Origin: the human T2T-CHM13v2.0 reference genome, Homo sapiens
NCBI RefSeq assembly: GCF_009914755.1
Contig: NC_060935.1
Strand: one strand, 5' to 3'
DNA: 64,000 nt
Position numbers and translations under genes: made by a program. Numbering within the stretch: the first letter of the stretch is position 1; every line of letters begins with the position of its first letter. Below, in pieces: positions 18,021 to 30,006 of the stretch. Under the pieces are notes generated by a model. The model was given only the letters and a program-made list of their open reading frames with translations. It was not told where the DNA came from and ran no database searches.

Positions 18021-20228
18021 TGATATGGTTTAGCTGTGTCTCCACCCAAATCTCATCTTGAATTCCCATGTGTTGTGGGAGGGACCTGGTAGGAGGTAAT
18101 CATGAGGACACTTGAAATCATGGGGACAAGTGTTTACTGTGCTGTGTCATGATAGTGAATAAGTCTCAGCAGATCTAATTTTTTTTAAAAAGTTCCCCTG
18201 CACAAGTTCTCTCTCTTTGCCTGCCACCATCCACATAAGATGAGATTTGCTTCTCCTTGTCTTCCACCATAATTGTGAGGCCTCCCTAGCCATGTGGGAC
18301 TGTAATTCATTAAATCTCTTTCTTTTGTAAATTGCCCAGTCTTGAGTATGTCTTTATCGGAAGTGTGAAAATGAACTAATACAGTAAATTTGTACCAGGA
18401 GTGGGGTGCTGCTGAAAAGATACCCAAAAATGTGGAAAAGACTTTGGAACTGGGAAACAGGCAGAGGTTGGAATAATTTGGAGGGCTCAGAAGAAGACAG
18501 GAAAATGTGGGAAAGTTTGGAACTTCTTAGAGACTTGTTAAATGGCTTTGACAAAAATGCTGATAGTGATATGAACAATAAGGTCCAGACTGAGGTGGTC
18601 TCAGATGATGAGGAACTTTTTGGGAACTGGAGCAAAGATGACTCTAGTTATGTTTTTTAGCAAAGAGACTGGTGGCATTTGGCCCCTGCCCTAGAGATTG
18701 GTAGAACTTTGACCTTGAGATAGATGATTTAGGGTATCTGGCAGAAGAAATGTCTAAGCAGCAAAATATTCAAAAGGTGACTTGGGTGCTGTTAAAGGCA
18801 TTCAGTTTCTTAAGAGAAGCAGAGTATAAAAGTTTGGAAAATTTGCAGCCTGACAATGAGATAGAAAAGAAAATCCCATTATCTGAGGAGAAATTCAAGC
18901 CAGAAACATAAATTTGCATAAGTAAAAAGGAGCTGCATATTAATCCCCAAGACAATGGGGAAAATTTCTCCAGGGCATGTCAGAGGTCTTCATGGCAGCC
19001 TCTCCCATCACAGGCCCAGAGGTCTAGGAGGGCAAAATGGTTTAATGGGCCAGGCCCAGGGTCTTCATGCTGTGTAGTCTATGGACTTGGTGCCCTGCAT
19101 CACATCCACTTCAGGCATGAGTAAAAGGAGCCAAGGTACAGCTCAGGCTGTGAATTCAGAGGGTGTAACCCCAAGCCTTGGTAGCTTCCAGGTGGTGTTG
19201 AGCCTGTGAGTGCATAGAAGTCAAGAATTGGGGTTTGGGAGTCTCCACCTAGGTTTTGGAAAATGTATGGAAGTGCCTGGATATCCAGGCAGAAGTTTGC
19301 TATAGGGGCAGGACTCTCATGGAGAACCTCTGCTAAGGCAGTGTGGAAGGGAAATGTGGAGTCAGAGCCCACACACAGAGTCCCTACTGGAGCACCAGCT
19401 AGTGGAGCTGTGAAAAGAGTGCCACCATCCTCCAGACCCCAGAGTGGTAGATCCACTGACAGCTTTCACTGTGTGCTTAGAAAACCCACAGACACTCAAT
19501 GAGAGTTTGTGAATGCAGCTGGGAGGGAGGCTTTACCCTGAAAAATCATAGTCCTGGAGCTGTCCAAGACCACGGAAACCAACCTCTTACATCAGTGTAA
19601 TCTGGATGTGAGACATGAAGTCAAAGAACATCATTTTGGAGCTTTAAGTTTTGACTTGAATTTTGGATTCGCCTAGGGCTGTATCTCCTTTGTTTTTGCC
19701 AATTTCTCACATTTGGAACACCTGTATTTACCCAATGCCTGTGTCCCCATTGTATCTAGTAAGTAACTAACTTGCTTGTGATTTTACAGGCTCATAGGTG
19801 GAAGGGACTTGTCTTGTCTCAGATGAGATTTTGAGCTGTGGACTTTTGAGTTAATGTTGGAATGAGTTAAGACTTTGGGGGACTGTTGGGAAAGAATGAT
19901 TGGTTTTGAAATGTGAGTACATGACATTTGGGAGGGACCAAGGGCAGAATGATATGGTTTGTCTGTGTTCCCACCCAAATCTCATCTTGAATTCCCACAT
20001 GTTGTGGGAGGGGCCCAGTTGGAGGTAATTGAATCCTGGAGGCAAGTCTTTCCCATGCTGTTCTCATGATAGTGAATAAGTCTCATGAGATGTGATGGTT
20101 TTAAAAAGAGGAGATCCCTTGCACAAGTTGCCTCTCTTGCCTGTTGCCATCCAAGTGAGACGTGACTTGCTCCTCCGTGCCTTCCACCATGATTGTGAGA
20201 CCTCCCCTGCCATGTGGAACTGTAAGTC
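18021..20228 (+). mobile_element. THE1 MaLR provirus: 5' LTR 18021-18383, internal 18384-19949, truncated 3' LTR 19950-20228
   Basis: Two TGATATGGTTT..cacccaaatctcatcttgaatt LTR starts; THE1-int gtaaattt-gtaccaggagtggggtgctgctga; ORF fragments at 18406-19502 are MaLR-derived. Confidence 0.95.
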
Positions 20229-20489
20229 TGGGCATCAAGGCATCATTGGTTCAAAGGCAGCACCCTGATAATTGAAATTTGGACAGACTGAGCCCTTATT
20301 TCCTAACTAATGTCTCCAGAGCCAGTCTCTCTGCTTTGACAAAGATCTTACTGGCTGAGAGAGTAGCCATCAGCCTACCTGGGGCTATATCTTTCTTGCA
20401 CCTCAGGTGCACCTATAGCTATGAGCCCTATATTTTTATTGTTTAGAGAATAAGATTTCTAAACAATGCATGGCATAAAGGCTTTTATA

Positions 20490-21880
20490 CTTACCTTCTG
20501 TTGAGCTTCAGAAAATTAACCTATGCTCACCTTTAATCATGCTTATTTAAGTATCTGTAGACTTCTGTTTGCTGCTAAAAAATGATTTACTGCCAGGTCA
20601 CATAAAGGAATCAGTGGTACATGAATATTTCACAATTGCCTTCTGAGTTTTTATGACAACTGCTACTCTTTTTCTGTCTCATTAACACATTCCAGCCAGT
20701 ACCTAAAAATTTATTCCCAATGAATTGGCAAAGCACTTCCCCCAAAGTACAGCCAATTGTAGTACCCATGATTCCTACAGAGCCTCAACAACCATTCATA
20801 TGAATTGCTTCAACATTTAGAGCCATGTATTTCTTGACATAAATGGTCTTAGACTAAGGGTGATTCTTCATACTCAAGGAACCTGGCTTCTTTAGCTAAG
20901 AACTCATTTAAGAATTTTAGAAATGTAGTGTATAAGGAATGCAGATTAAAAAAAAATCTTTCCTAGGTTTGACTTTTTACTACCTTCCCCATAAATATTA
21001 GAATGACTAACATTCTTAGTAACTATGAAGTAAGGCTTCATTCACTTTATATTTCCACTCTCTTTACTGCAAAGTATTGTTTGGTGTCTTTCATGAACTC
21101 ATAAATGGGTCTGTGTTCTTTTAGTTAACTCCTACTGCCATTCCACCTTCACTACTGTTGTTCTCAGTCCTGATCTATGTCATTATGTCACTGTCCTGAT
21201 GGGCCAATACATCTTCTTCACAGATGATTTCTCTTCTATATTACTCTCATGTAGCAAAATCCATGTTAGAGATACTTGAGCAAAAAAGTGTAACACCTTT
21301 TAGTGAGATGTCATTTTAATTTGTTGTAAGACATTTATTGCTCTCAAGATGAGTGGGTCATGATTGGTTCCAGCATCAGCTTCCACCCAATTTCCAGAAC
21401 CACTGCTGACCTGCAATCCTAAGTTCCCATTGCCAATAGTAGGTAATGTTCAATTTCTTCCCTTATGCTAGATGATTTCTTCGAAGCCTCAATATTGTGC
21501 CATGATATTGTCATTCTTGTATGCCAAGTCAGTAGCTTTAGTGGACTAGATATAGAAACTTCAATGCCAGAATATAGGTAAATAATTTTCTTGTGATTCC
21601 AACATGCCAAACAGATAAACATATATGTTTTGGCTCAGCTAGTATCTATGTCACCAATCACAAAATTTTAAAGTTAGCCCCATCATTTAATTTCATAGTT
21701 AAGTGTTCTTATTTTAGATCTTTGCTTTTATTTATTTTTTCTCTGAAGCCTGGTTTTAGAAATGAAGGAATTTGCTGACATTTTATGATCAGTGCAAATC
21801 TTTCCCTTGGGTTTTATTTTCCTATTTGTACCACTGTCCAATATCTTATTAATCTGTAGAATTTTCTTGCACTTTGTCCT
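20490..21880 (-). pseudogene. Cluster of three PLAT repeat remnants
   Basis: DSGTNRKI, FLKPG, KIR...W.*L..VIGDIDTS*AKTYMFICLACW; LQVSSGSGNWVEADAGTNHD (DAGTN at 21377-21363); PIHWE..GTG, SFM*PGSKSFF; donor AAG|GTAAGT near 20494. Confidence 0.7.
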
Positions 21881-23195
21881 CCGAATTTCCTCTATCCAAA
21901 TATTGTCTTAGGTTAGCATATAATCTAACCCTATTTTTGTTCATAATTATGTGAAATTGATGGGTATATCAATTTCATAGAAGATTTGAATCATAAATTT
22001 ATTTCTTTACCAGGTCTTCCCTTAATTTTCCAGAAGGTAGCAGAATAGGTGACTTGGAAATAGCAGTTCTAGAAGACCACCCCATTGAACTGATCCCAAG
22101 TCTTTATTTAACTTTAACTCTGCAGCATTTCACAATGCTGACTACTTCCACTATTCCTTTGACTTCTATTACATGATAGATCTATTTCCAGCTTTCTGTA
22201 GTTAGTTTCATTTGTAGACATTTTCCCCTCTATCTTTTCATTTTTGTTGCCCAAGATTCTATGATTAACTCCTTCTCTTCTTATTTTTTTTCACATTCTT
22301 TAGTGTTAACTGCACACATTATATTGCTAAGAAATCTTTATACCTAACTCATATCTATTCCGGAAACTCCATGCCTTATGAGCTCACAGCTATTGCTCAT
22401 TTGTGACCATTTACATTTTATAATAATAGCACAAACTAAACATGTCCAAAGTTGTATCCAAGTCAGTTATTCCAATTCTGCATATGAATTTCATGTGTAT
22501 GTCTCCATATCTGGCCTTTGCCAGTGCTATTCCCTGGACTGAGGAATTTTTAAAATGATACTTGAAGTAGGCGCATGAAAAGCACTTTTAAATATGTACT
22601 TAAGGAGCGAGTGTTTCTATATTCTATATTTAATCATTAAGTGTAATGATTTATGATTTTAGAGATATAAATCAACATATTTTGTCCATTCCATTATATC
22701 TCTTTGGAAATTGAGTTTTGTGAGAAAAAGTTATTTTGTTCTAGATCACTACTTGAGTTTGTAGAAAAATTAGAAAGTGACCAAAGCCTTGGATTCAGTA
22801 TTTTTCCACAATACCAGGTTTTCTCTATTTATATACAAACATCAGCCAAACATACTTTAATCATTTTGTATTCCCCATATTTTTTCAAGGATGCAAATTA
22901 AGCTACTTGAGAATAAAATATCATGAGTGTCTATTGTTATCATTATGCTTCTAACAGAAGAAAGTGCAATATACTTCTATTAAATGATTTGAGAGTCTTC
23001 ATAAAAAGATGCTATTGACACATCTATTTTAATTTCTGTATTTCTATTTATAAAGCAGAATAATGGAAACTACTCAGAATATTTGTCTGTACTAATTCTT
23101 CTAGCTCAAGAATTTTTATTTTTAAGATACTGCTTTATTTAACAACATTACTTTTCTTCAATTAGCTATCATTTCACCTTCTCAAAGTAACCCCT

Positions 23196-23562
23196 TATAT
23201 CAGTCTGTTTTCACACAGCTATAAAGATACTATCTGCGACTGGGTAATTTATAAACAAGAGAGGTTTTATTGACCCACAGTTCCACATGGGTGGAGAGGC
23301 CTAAGGAACCATAATCATGGTGGAAGGCAAAGGGAAAGCAAGGCATGCCTTATGTGGCAGCAGGAGAGAGAGAGAGCATAGAGGGAATGCCAGATGCTTA
23401 TCAAACAACCAGATCTCCTGTGAACTCACTCACTATCATGAGAACAGCATGGGGGAGACCACCTCCATGATCTAGTCTCCTCCCACCAGGTCCCTCCCTT
23501 GGCATGTGGGGATTACAATTAGAGATGAGATTTGGGTGGTGACGCAGAACAAAACCATATCA
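23196..23562 (-). mobile_element. THE1D/MSTA solo LTR
   Basis: ...gagatgagatttgggtgg...aaaccatatca; near-TSD cccct/cctct. Confidence 0.9.
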
Positions 23563-23729
23563 CCTCTCTTTACTGTACAATATTAGGGTCAAATCTATTT
23601 CATATCAGAACAAGAGAACCCTTCTTTATACTCATAACTATGCAAAGTTGACTTCTCTCAAATGGATAGATTCAAACAAATACAAAAAGCTTTTTTTTCC
23701 ATTTAGGCTGTTCCTTTAGCAGATATTTG

Positions 23730-24115
23730 CCAAAGATATTAAAATATATATTTCTGCAAGAAGATGTGAGAAGTGTTAATTAAAACAATTTTGTTCTTTT
23801 TCAGGCCAGCTTTTAGTTGTATATTATTTTGACCCAGAGGGATATAATCCTTTACACCAATACGTAAAATAATTAATTCCATGTTGCCATTATATTATAA
23901 TAAATATTTAATACAGTCCCCATGGAATCATTGCCAGCTAATATTGTGACAGAATTAGGCTCAAAATTTCTTATCAGCTTGTTTAGTGAAGGTCTTTCTG
24001 TGCTAGTAAAGAAATTAATTCAATGTTTCTGATAAGTGCAGAGTTGATAACCTTGGTTATTGAGATGGATTTACCCAATAACTGAACCATTGAGTTTATA
24101 TGTAAAATTGATGGG
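23730..24115 (-). pseudogene. PLAT repeat remnant
   Basis: PINFTYKL; GNMELIILRIGVKD; KIVLINTS...QKYIF*YLW. Confidence 0.55.
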
Positions 24116-25805
24116 GTAAGTCATTTTTCTCTCTCCAGTTCTCAAACTACTCACAACTTTTTATCTCATTACCATATAAAATAATGTCTTCAAGGAATTT
24201 AATGTCTTAATAAAAAGTAGAGAAGTAGGAAAATAATCTGTAATAACTACCTTATAAATATTATGTATCTAATAATTAAAAATTAAAACAATTTTAATAC
24301 ATATATGAGAGTGAGTTGATTCAATTATAAATACATAACTTCTTTCACTTTAATCTCGAGAGAATTTTTTTCTTCTCAATCATTTTTTAAATTATATTTT
24401 CTAAAAATGTTTCTTTTTCTTCCTATAACACATGATTTAGAAACTTGCATTCAAGGATTCATTCATAGCTGTATTTAATAGATAATATGTATGGGCGCTC
24501 TAGGAAACATGATAGGTACAGGCTAGGTTAGTGATAGCCGAGTTATTGTTTACCAATATGCTTCTAATCTAATAAGAGAGATAAAACATGCCCATTTAAA
24601 ATCATCAGTGACTAGATGCTATTTGAAGGCAGAAGTTGGAGTGAACCAAGGAAAATGATATTGAAAAAGGGAGAAGAGCTTTCATTCTGTTGAGTAGTTA
24701 AGTTCCATGGAGAGGAACTGCCATAGCAGGTGGACTGGAAATGTTGCAAGAAAAGATATACAAGCAGTAAAGACTTCAGAGTAGATAACATAAATGATGG
24801 ATCTCAGTAAAATATTGTATACAAGTTCAAATAATTTTTAATTACTAAAGTATAATGAAACCATAACTGTTAAAAACAGGAAAGGAGGGTGGATAAAATT
24901 TAATACCTACAATATGCCACAAAATAATTATAATCCTAATTGGTAAGCAAATGTCAGTTTTAAAGGTTTTTTTTGGGGGGGAAATAGACACAATCAAGAT
25001 GTGTTTTATGTAGTGGATTGTGCTACAATGAACATAAGACTGGCAACTTAGGAAACCTAGCTTGTAGAATACATCTAATTCTAATAAGAAATTAGGTAAG
25101 TCACAGTGCATTTGATGTACAGGAATGCGATATGCTTAAGAGATGAGTTTTGTAAAATAAGGCAAGGAGATATTATTCTTCAACTAGAGATATCTGTATA
25201 CGTCAGAGGGCAGGTTGAATTGCTATTTTAATGGAAATAGCTCAAGGACATCTTAGTGGATCCATTACCCTCAATTTAGCTGTGAAAGACAGAATCTTGG
25301 GAATAACACCTCTCTATCCAAAAATCACACAATTTGTTCTCCTCTCCCCATATAACTAGTCTTTAATTTTTATTCCCTGAACAAGCATGATTGAACCTCC
25401 AAACTGTTCTCCTAGCATTCACTCTCTTTCGTCAAGTAATTTATTCGCATTTCAAATATGAATTAAAGTATGCCATTCCTTTGTCTAGATACTGTAGTGA
25501 TTTATTTTTCTTGTAATATTCATCATAAGGTCACAAAAGCCCTTCATAATGCATCCCCTGCCTACCTCACTACACTCATCTTGAACCACTTAATTCCTTT
25601 TCAGCCACAGTGGCCTTCTTTCAGCAGTTTAAATTCAATGTGTTTCTTTTCAACTCATGGTCTTTATACATACAAGTTCTTTTTATTTTACCCCTATATT
25701 TCTCTATTCAATCTCAGCTGCCACAATCAGACAGACAGTGTGAGGACATTTTTTTTCCTGCATCTATAGTGTAAACCTTAGCAGAAGATAGTAATTTAAG
25801 TATTT

Positions 25806-25942
25806 ATTGATTTTGAGACAGGGTCTCACTTTGTCTTCCAGGCTGCAGTGCAGTGGTGTGATCAGGGCTCACCTCCCTAGCTCAACCTCCCTGGCTCAAG
25901 GGATCCTCCTTTCTCAGCCACTTGAGTTAGCTGGGACTACAG
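25806..25942 (-). mobile_element. AluJ-like 3' fragment
   Basis: tgagacagggtctcact...ggctcaagggatcctcc...gctgggactacag. Confidence 0.85.
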
Positions 25943-26418
25943 AGGAGTTTGGCTGATGGTGTTTGGGGAGGAGTTCAGCTGCTGGACAGTCCAACTCAAG
26001 GGGAAGATCATCTTCCCACTCCATCCCCACATTCTGGCTCCCCATCTACCCTGCTGAGAGCCACCTCCACCACTGAGTAAACCTCACATTCATTCGTCGA
26101 GCCCGTGTGAGCCAAATTTTTCTGGGATGATGGTCAAGAGATATCAGAAAGCTGTCAAGGATACAGAAAGCTGTCACACTGGCCCTCTGCCTTTGTGACA
26201 GGGCTTTAACCCTTAAAGCCATCTGTGGATGGCAAGGCTAAGAAAGCATTGTAACATGGGTTGCAGGCATCCACCCTACCACAGGGCTGTAGCCCAAAGC
26301 CCTTGCCCCCAGCTTCTTCACCTGCCCATCTGCATGCTCCTGCAGCAGGCAACCAAACAGGCGAGCCACATCCCTGTCACACATCCTGCAAGGAGGGCCT
26401 GGGAACTCTCCCATTTAA
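25941..26418 (+). mobile_element. LTR1-like ERV1 LTR, 3' half only
   Basis: gggaagatcatcttcccactccatcccc...gcgagccaca..cctgtc...gggaactctccc. Confidence 0.8.
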
Positions 26419-26460
26419 TTAGTCTGGAAAGGCCGTATTAGGCCTACAGTAAAAATAAGC

Positions 26461-26899
26461 TCTATTAGGCCATTTTTGCACTAGTATGAATAAATACTGG
26501 AGACTGGGCAATTTACAAAAAAAAAAAAGAGGATTAACTGGCTCATGGTTCTGCAGGCTGTACAGAAAGCGTGGGCAGTGGACATCTGCTTAGCTTCTGG
26601 TGAGGCCTCAGAAAGTTGACAGTCATGTCTGAAGACAAAGGGGGAGCCATCCAGAATGGGAGCAGGAGAGTGAGGGCAGAGGTGCTACAAACTTTTAAAC
26701 AGCCAGATCTTGTTAGAACTCATTATTGTGAGGACAGCACCCCAAGTCATTCCAAGGACAGTGCCAAGAGGAATGGCACTAAACTATTTGTGAGAAATTG
26801 GCCTTCGTGATCCAATCAGCTCCTACCAGGCCCCACCTCCAACACTGGGGATTAAAATTCAACATGAGATTTAAAGGGGACAACATCCAGACTATATCA
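26461..26899 (-). mobile_element. MSTA/MSTB solo LTR
   Basis: MST consensus-like; perfect 5-bp TSD taagc at 26456-26460 and 26900-26904. Confidence 0.9.
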
Positions 26900-27371
26900 T
26901 AAGCCCTAGAGTAAAAATGGAACAAAATATATCTGTGTTTTAATCACACAACATCTCATGAGGGTCAGACCAGTCTTCCAGGGTACTTTTCTGCCCTGCT
27001 GTGGCTCAAAAACTCAGCTTTTCCGTATCAACATGGAGATTTTCCCTAATGACTGTGAAAGTGAAAGAAAGAAGAGAGGTAAGACAGCAAGGATTAAATG
27101 CTTAGAAGTGACACATGTTTCTTCTACTCACACACCATTTGGCAGATCAATCATTTGATCTTTCCTACCCTCAAAGGATGCAGGGAGTGTCTTCTTTTAT
27201 GTACCCAAGAAGTAGAGGGAATGAAAGTGGTGATACTATATGTGGTATTTTAATTATCAACTGTTATTTCACGATTTCTTTAAAGTATCACATTTAGAGG
27301 ACAAAAACAGATCCAAATTTGATCCTGTGCCATTCTTGATGCTTTCCAGTTGAAAATGTGTGTTTTAGTAA

Positions 27372-27679
<308 letters not shown>

Positions 27680-28743
27680 CATCGTTTTTTTGTTGTTGTT
27701 GTTTGTTTATTGTTTTTTGTTTTTTTCATTCACATCTTAGGACAACATTACAGATAGTTTGAAACAGCTGTTGATCTGTATTTTTCTTCCAGCTCTGTTT
27801 ACCAAGCTTACCAGCATCAGAATTCTTATCCTTTACTAGAACATAGATGTTTGAATATGAGAATAGTTCCCCGTCTGCCAGACAACTACAACATAGATGA
27901 TTTTTGATGGACCAGTAGTGTGTGGAAGTCACCAATTAAAAATTTAATGCAAAAAGATTCTGCACATTCTCAGGCATGGAAACAAAAAGCAAACACAAGA
28001 TAGAGGAACGGGAAGATGAGAAACCCTGTCTTACATAATTTTGTATGATATTTATATTGCAGTATACCATACTTTTATGCTAAAATATATACAATTATGA
28101 TATAATTAGACTACTACTGTGGAGTCTGCAATAGATTCTAAGCCCAATGTTTTCCTAACGCTAAGATGCCACTGTTATATAATTTATCAGATATTTGACA
28201 ACAGCTTACTAAAAGAAACGATTCTCATTGTGTTCATTATAAGCATAGTGTTTATATAAAACTCCAAAGGCAGAAATAACCTAAGTCTTAGACTATAGAA
28301 GGTAGAGTCATCTGAATATTAGTTTTTTATGCAAAATATTTTCCTAGTTGGATTTCTGTTTTTAATGCATTTTTGGACCAGTGTTAATTCATATGACTAT
28401 TGAAGCAAATTAGATGGTAGAAAGTAAATCAGCATATATTGCTTTTATAGATCAGGGTGTTTTCAGTAATTTGATTCTTGCAACTATACTAAGAGGAAAG
28501 TATTTATAATCTCATTTAACAGATGAAGAAATAAGTTTTGAGAAAATGAGTTGTTTCGCAATTTCACATAACTTGTAAGTGGAAGAATCAGAGTTTTAAC
28601 CTCCTTCAGCCTGACCTGTAAATTGCTCTATGCTCTTTCTATTAACCAGGTGAAATAAGAGTAATTTGCAAGAAATACCCTGAATGTAGTTTCCTGAATA
28701 GTATATAGTGTCCCACAGGACACTTCCCTATCTCTTGGGAACT

Positions 28744-28745
<2 letters not shown>

Positions 28746-28782
<37 letters not shown>
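28746..28782. repeat. (GT)n microsatellite
   Basis: Direct inspection. Confidence 0.95.
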
Positions 28783-28783
<1 letters not shown>

Positions 28784-29150
28784 ATGTTCACATATTCAGT
28801 CAGACTAGTGAGACAATATTTAGTTCTTAAACTAATCTGTTTGACAAAAGTTCTAGGGTGCAAATGTTAAAAGTTGACTATATCTTTAGGTCAAAGGATA
28901 ATTATAGTGAGAGATTAGTCACATCAGAGGAAATTCACTTCAGACATTTTTTTAATGTCAGCTGCAATATTTTGACTTAGGAAATCTAGGCTTTTCTAAA
29001 AAAGAAAGAAAGAAATGTCAAATAGCACTACATCAGAGGAAAGAATGCTGTTCATTTTGGCTGGAATAGATTTATAATTTACTATTTTCTATTGCAGAAC
29101 TAAAATCTATTTTTTTTCTTTTCAGTTCTTTTTTTAAAAAAAACCAACAG

Positions 29151-29183
<33 letters not shown>

Positions 29184-29439
29184 CTAATTGTAGCTATTCT
29201 TTCATTACCATCTAATTCAGACATAGTCTGCAAAAATATTCCACTGGGCAGAGATGCTAGCTAGGCTGAGAATATAGCCAGAGGTTTTTCTGTCTCTCAT
29301 TAGGATAACAGTGCAGGAATATTGCCACTGTCACAATCATGATATATAATTATTATCCATAAATTTCTCTGCATTCTCTAAATTTCACCTCATATCAAGT
29401 TAAAATTCTAAAAATTGTTTATTGGAACTGCATTGTTTT

Positions 29440-29655
29440 GGCACTAGTACATATTAACAGTGATGTTTCACCATCATTTTCCAATGAGGTATGTCTCAAG
29501 AAATATTTGTAAGAAAATAATCCTATGGGAAGACATTTTCTGCAACATCATGTAGCCTTCTCTTCACAAGGATCCATTGGAGATATTTTCCCATCACTGT
29601 ATAAAAGTACAAACTTTTGCTTACAAAGCAGGTTTTTACATTTTTTGGATTCTGT
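29440..29655 (-). pseudogene. PLAT C-terminal half exon
   Basis: Acceptor tatgttatAG; NLLCKQKFVLLYSDGKIS-QWILVKRRLHD...DYF; ENDGET. Confidence 0.55.
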
Positions 29656-29749
29656 CTATAACATAAGTTTTTAGTCTTGTTTATTCTATGGATTCATGTA
29701 ACCTACAATGTCTCCTACTTCTATAGGTCCCAATCAAGTGTTACCTTGT

Positions 29750-30006
29750 CACTATGCTAAAGTATCACTTGATTACTCATAGAAAGTAACACCTCTGTGT
29801 GACTCCAGAAACTTATTTCTCTTATCCTGTTTTTCTCTTTATCATTCATTTTCAATTAATTGTCACAGATGCATTTTACTATCTCTCTTTCTCCACTAAA
29901 TGTAAGACTCATGGAGCCAAGGACTTTGTCAAAGTGCTCACTCCTTTATACCTACTGAGAAGCGTAGTTCGTGGGGTGCAGTGCCAGCTTACTGAGTGAA
30001 TGAATG
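29750..30006 (+). mobile_element. L2 3' end
   Basis: ccactaaatgtaagactcatg...actgagtgaatgaatg. Confidence 0.6.
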
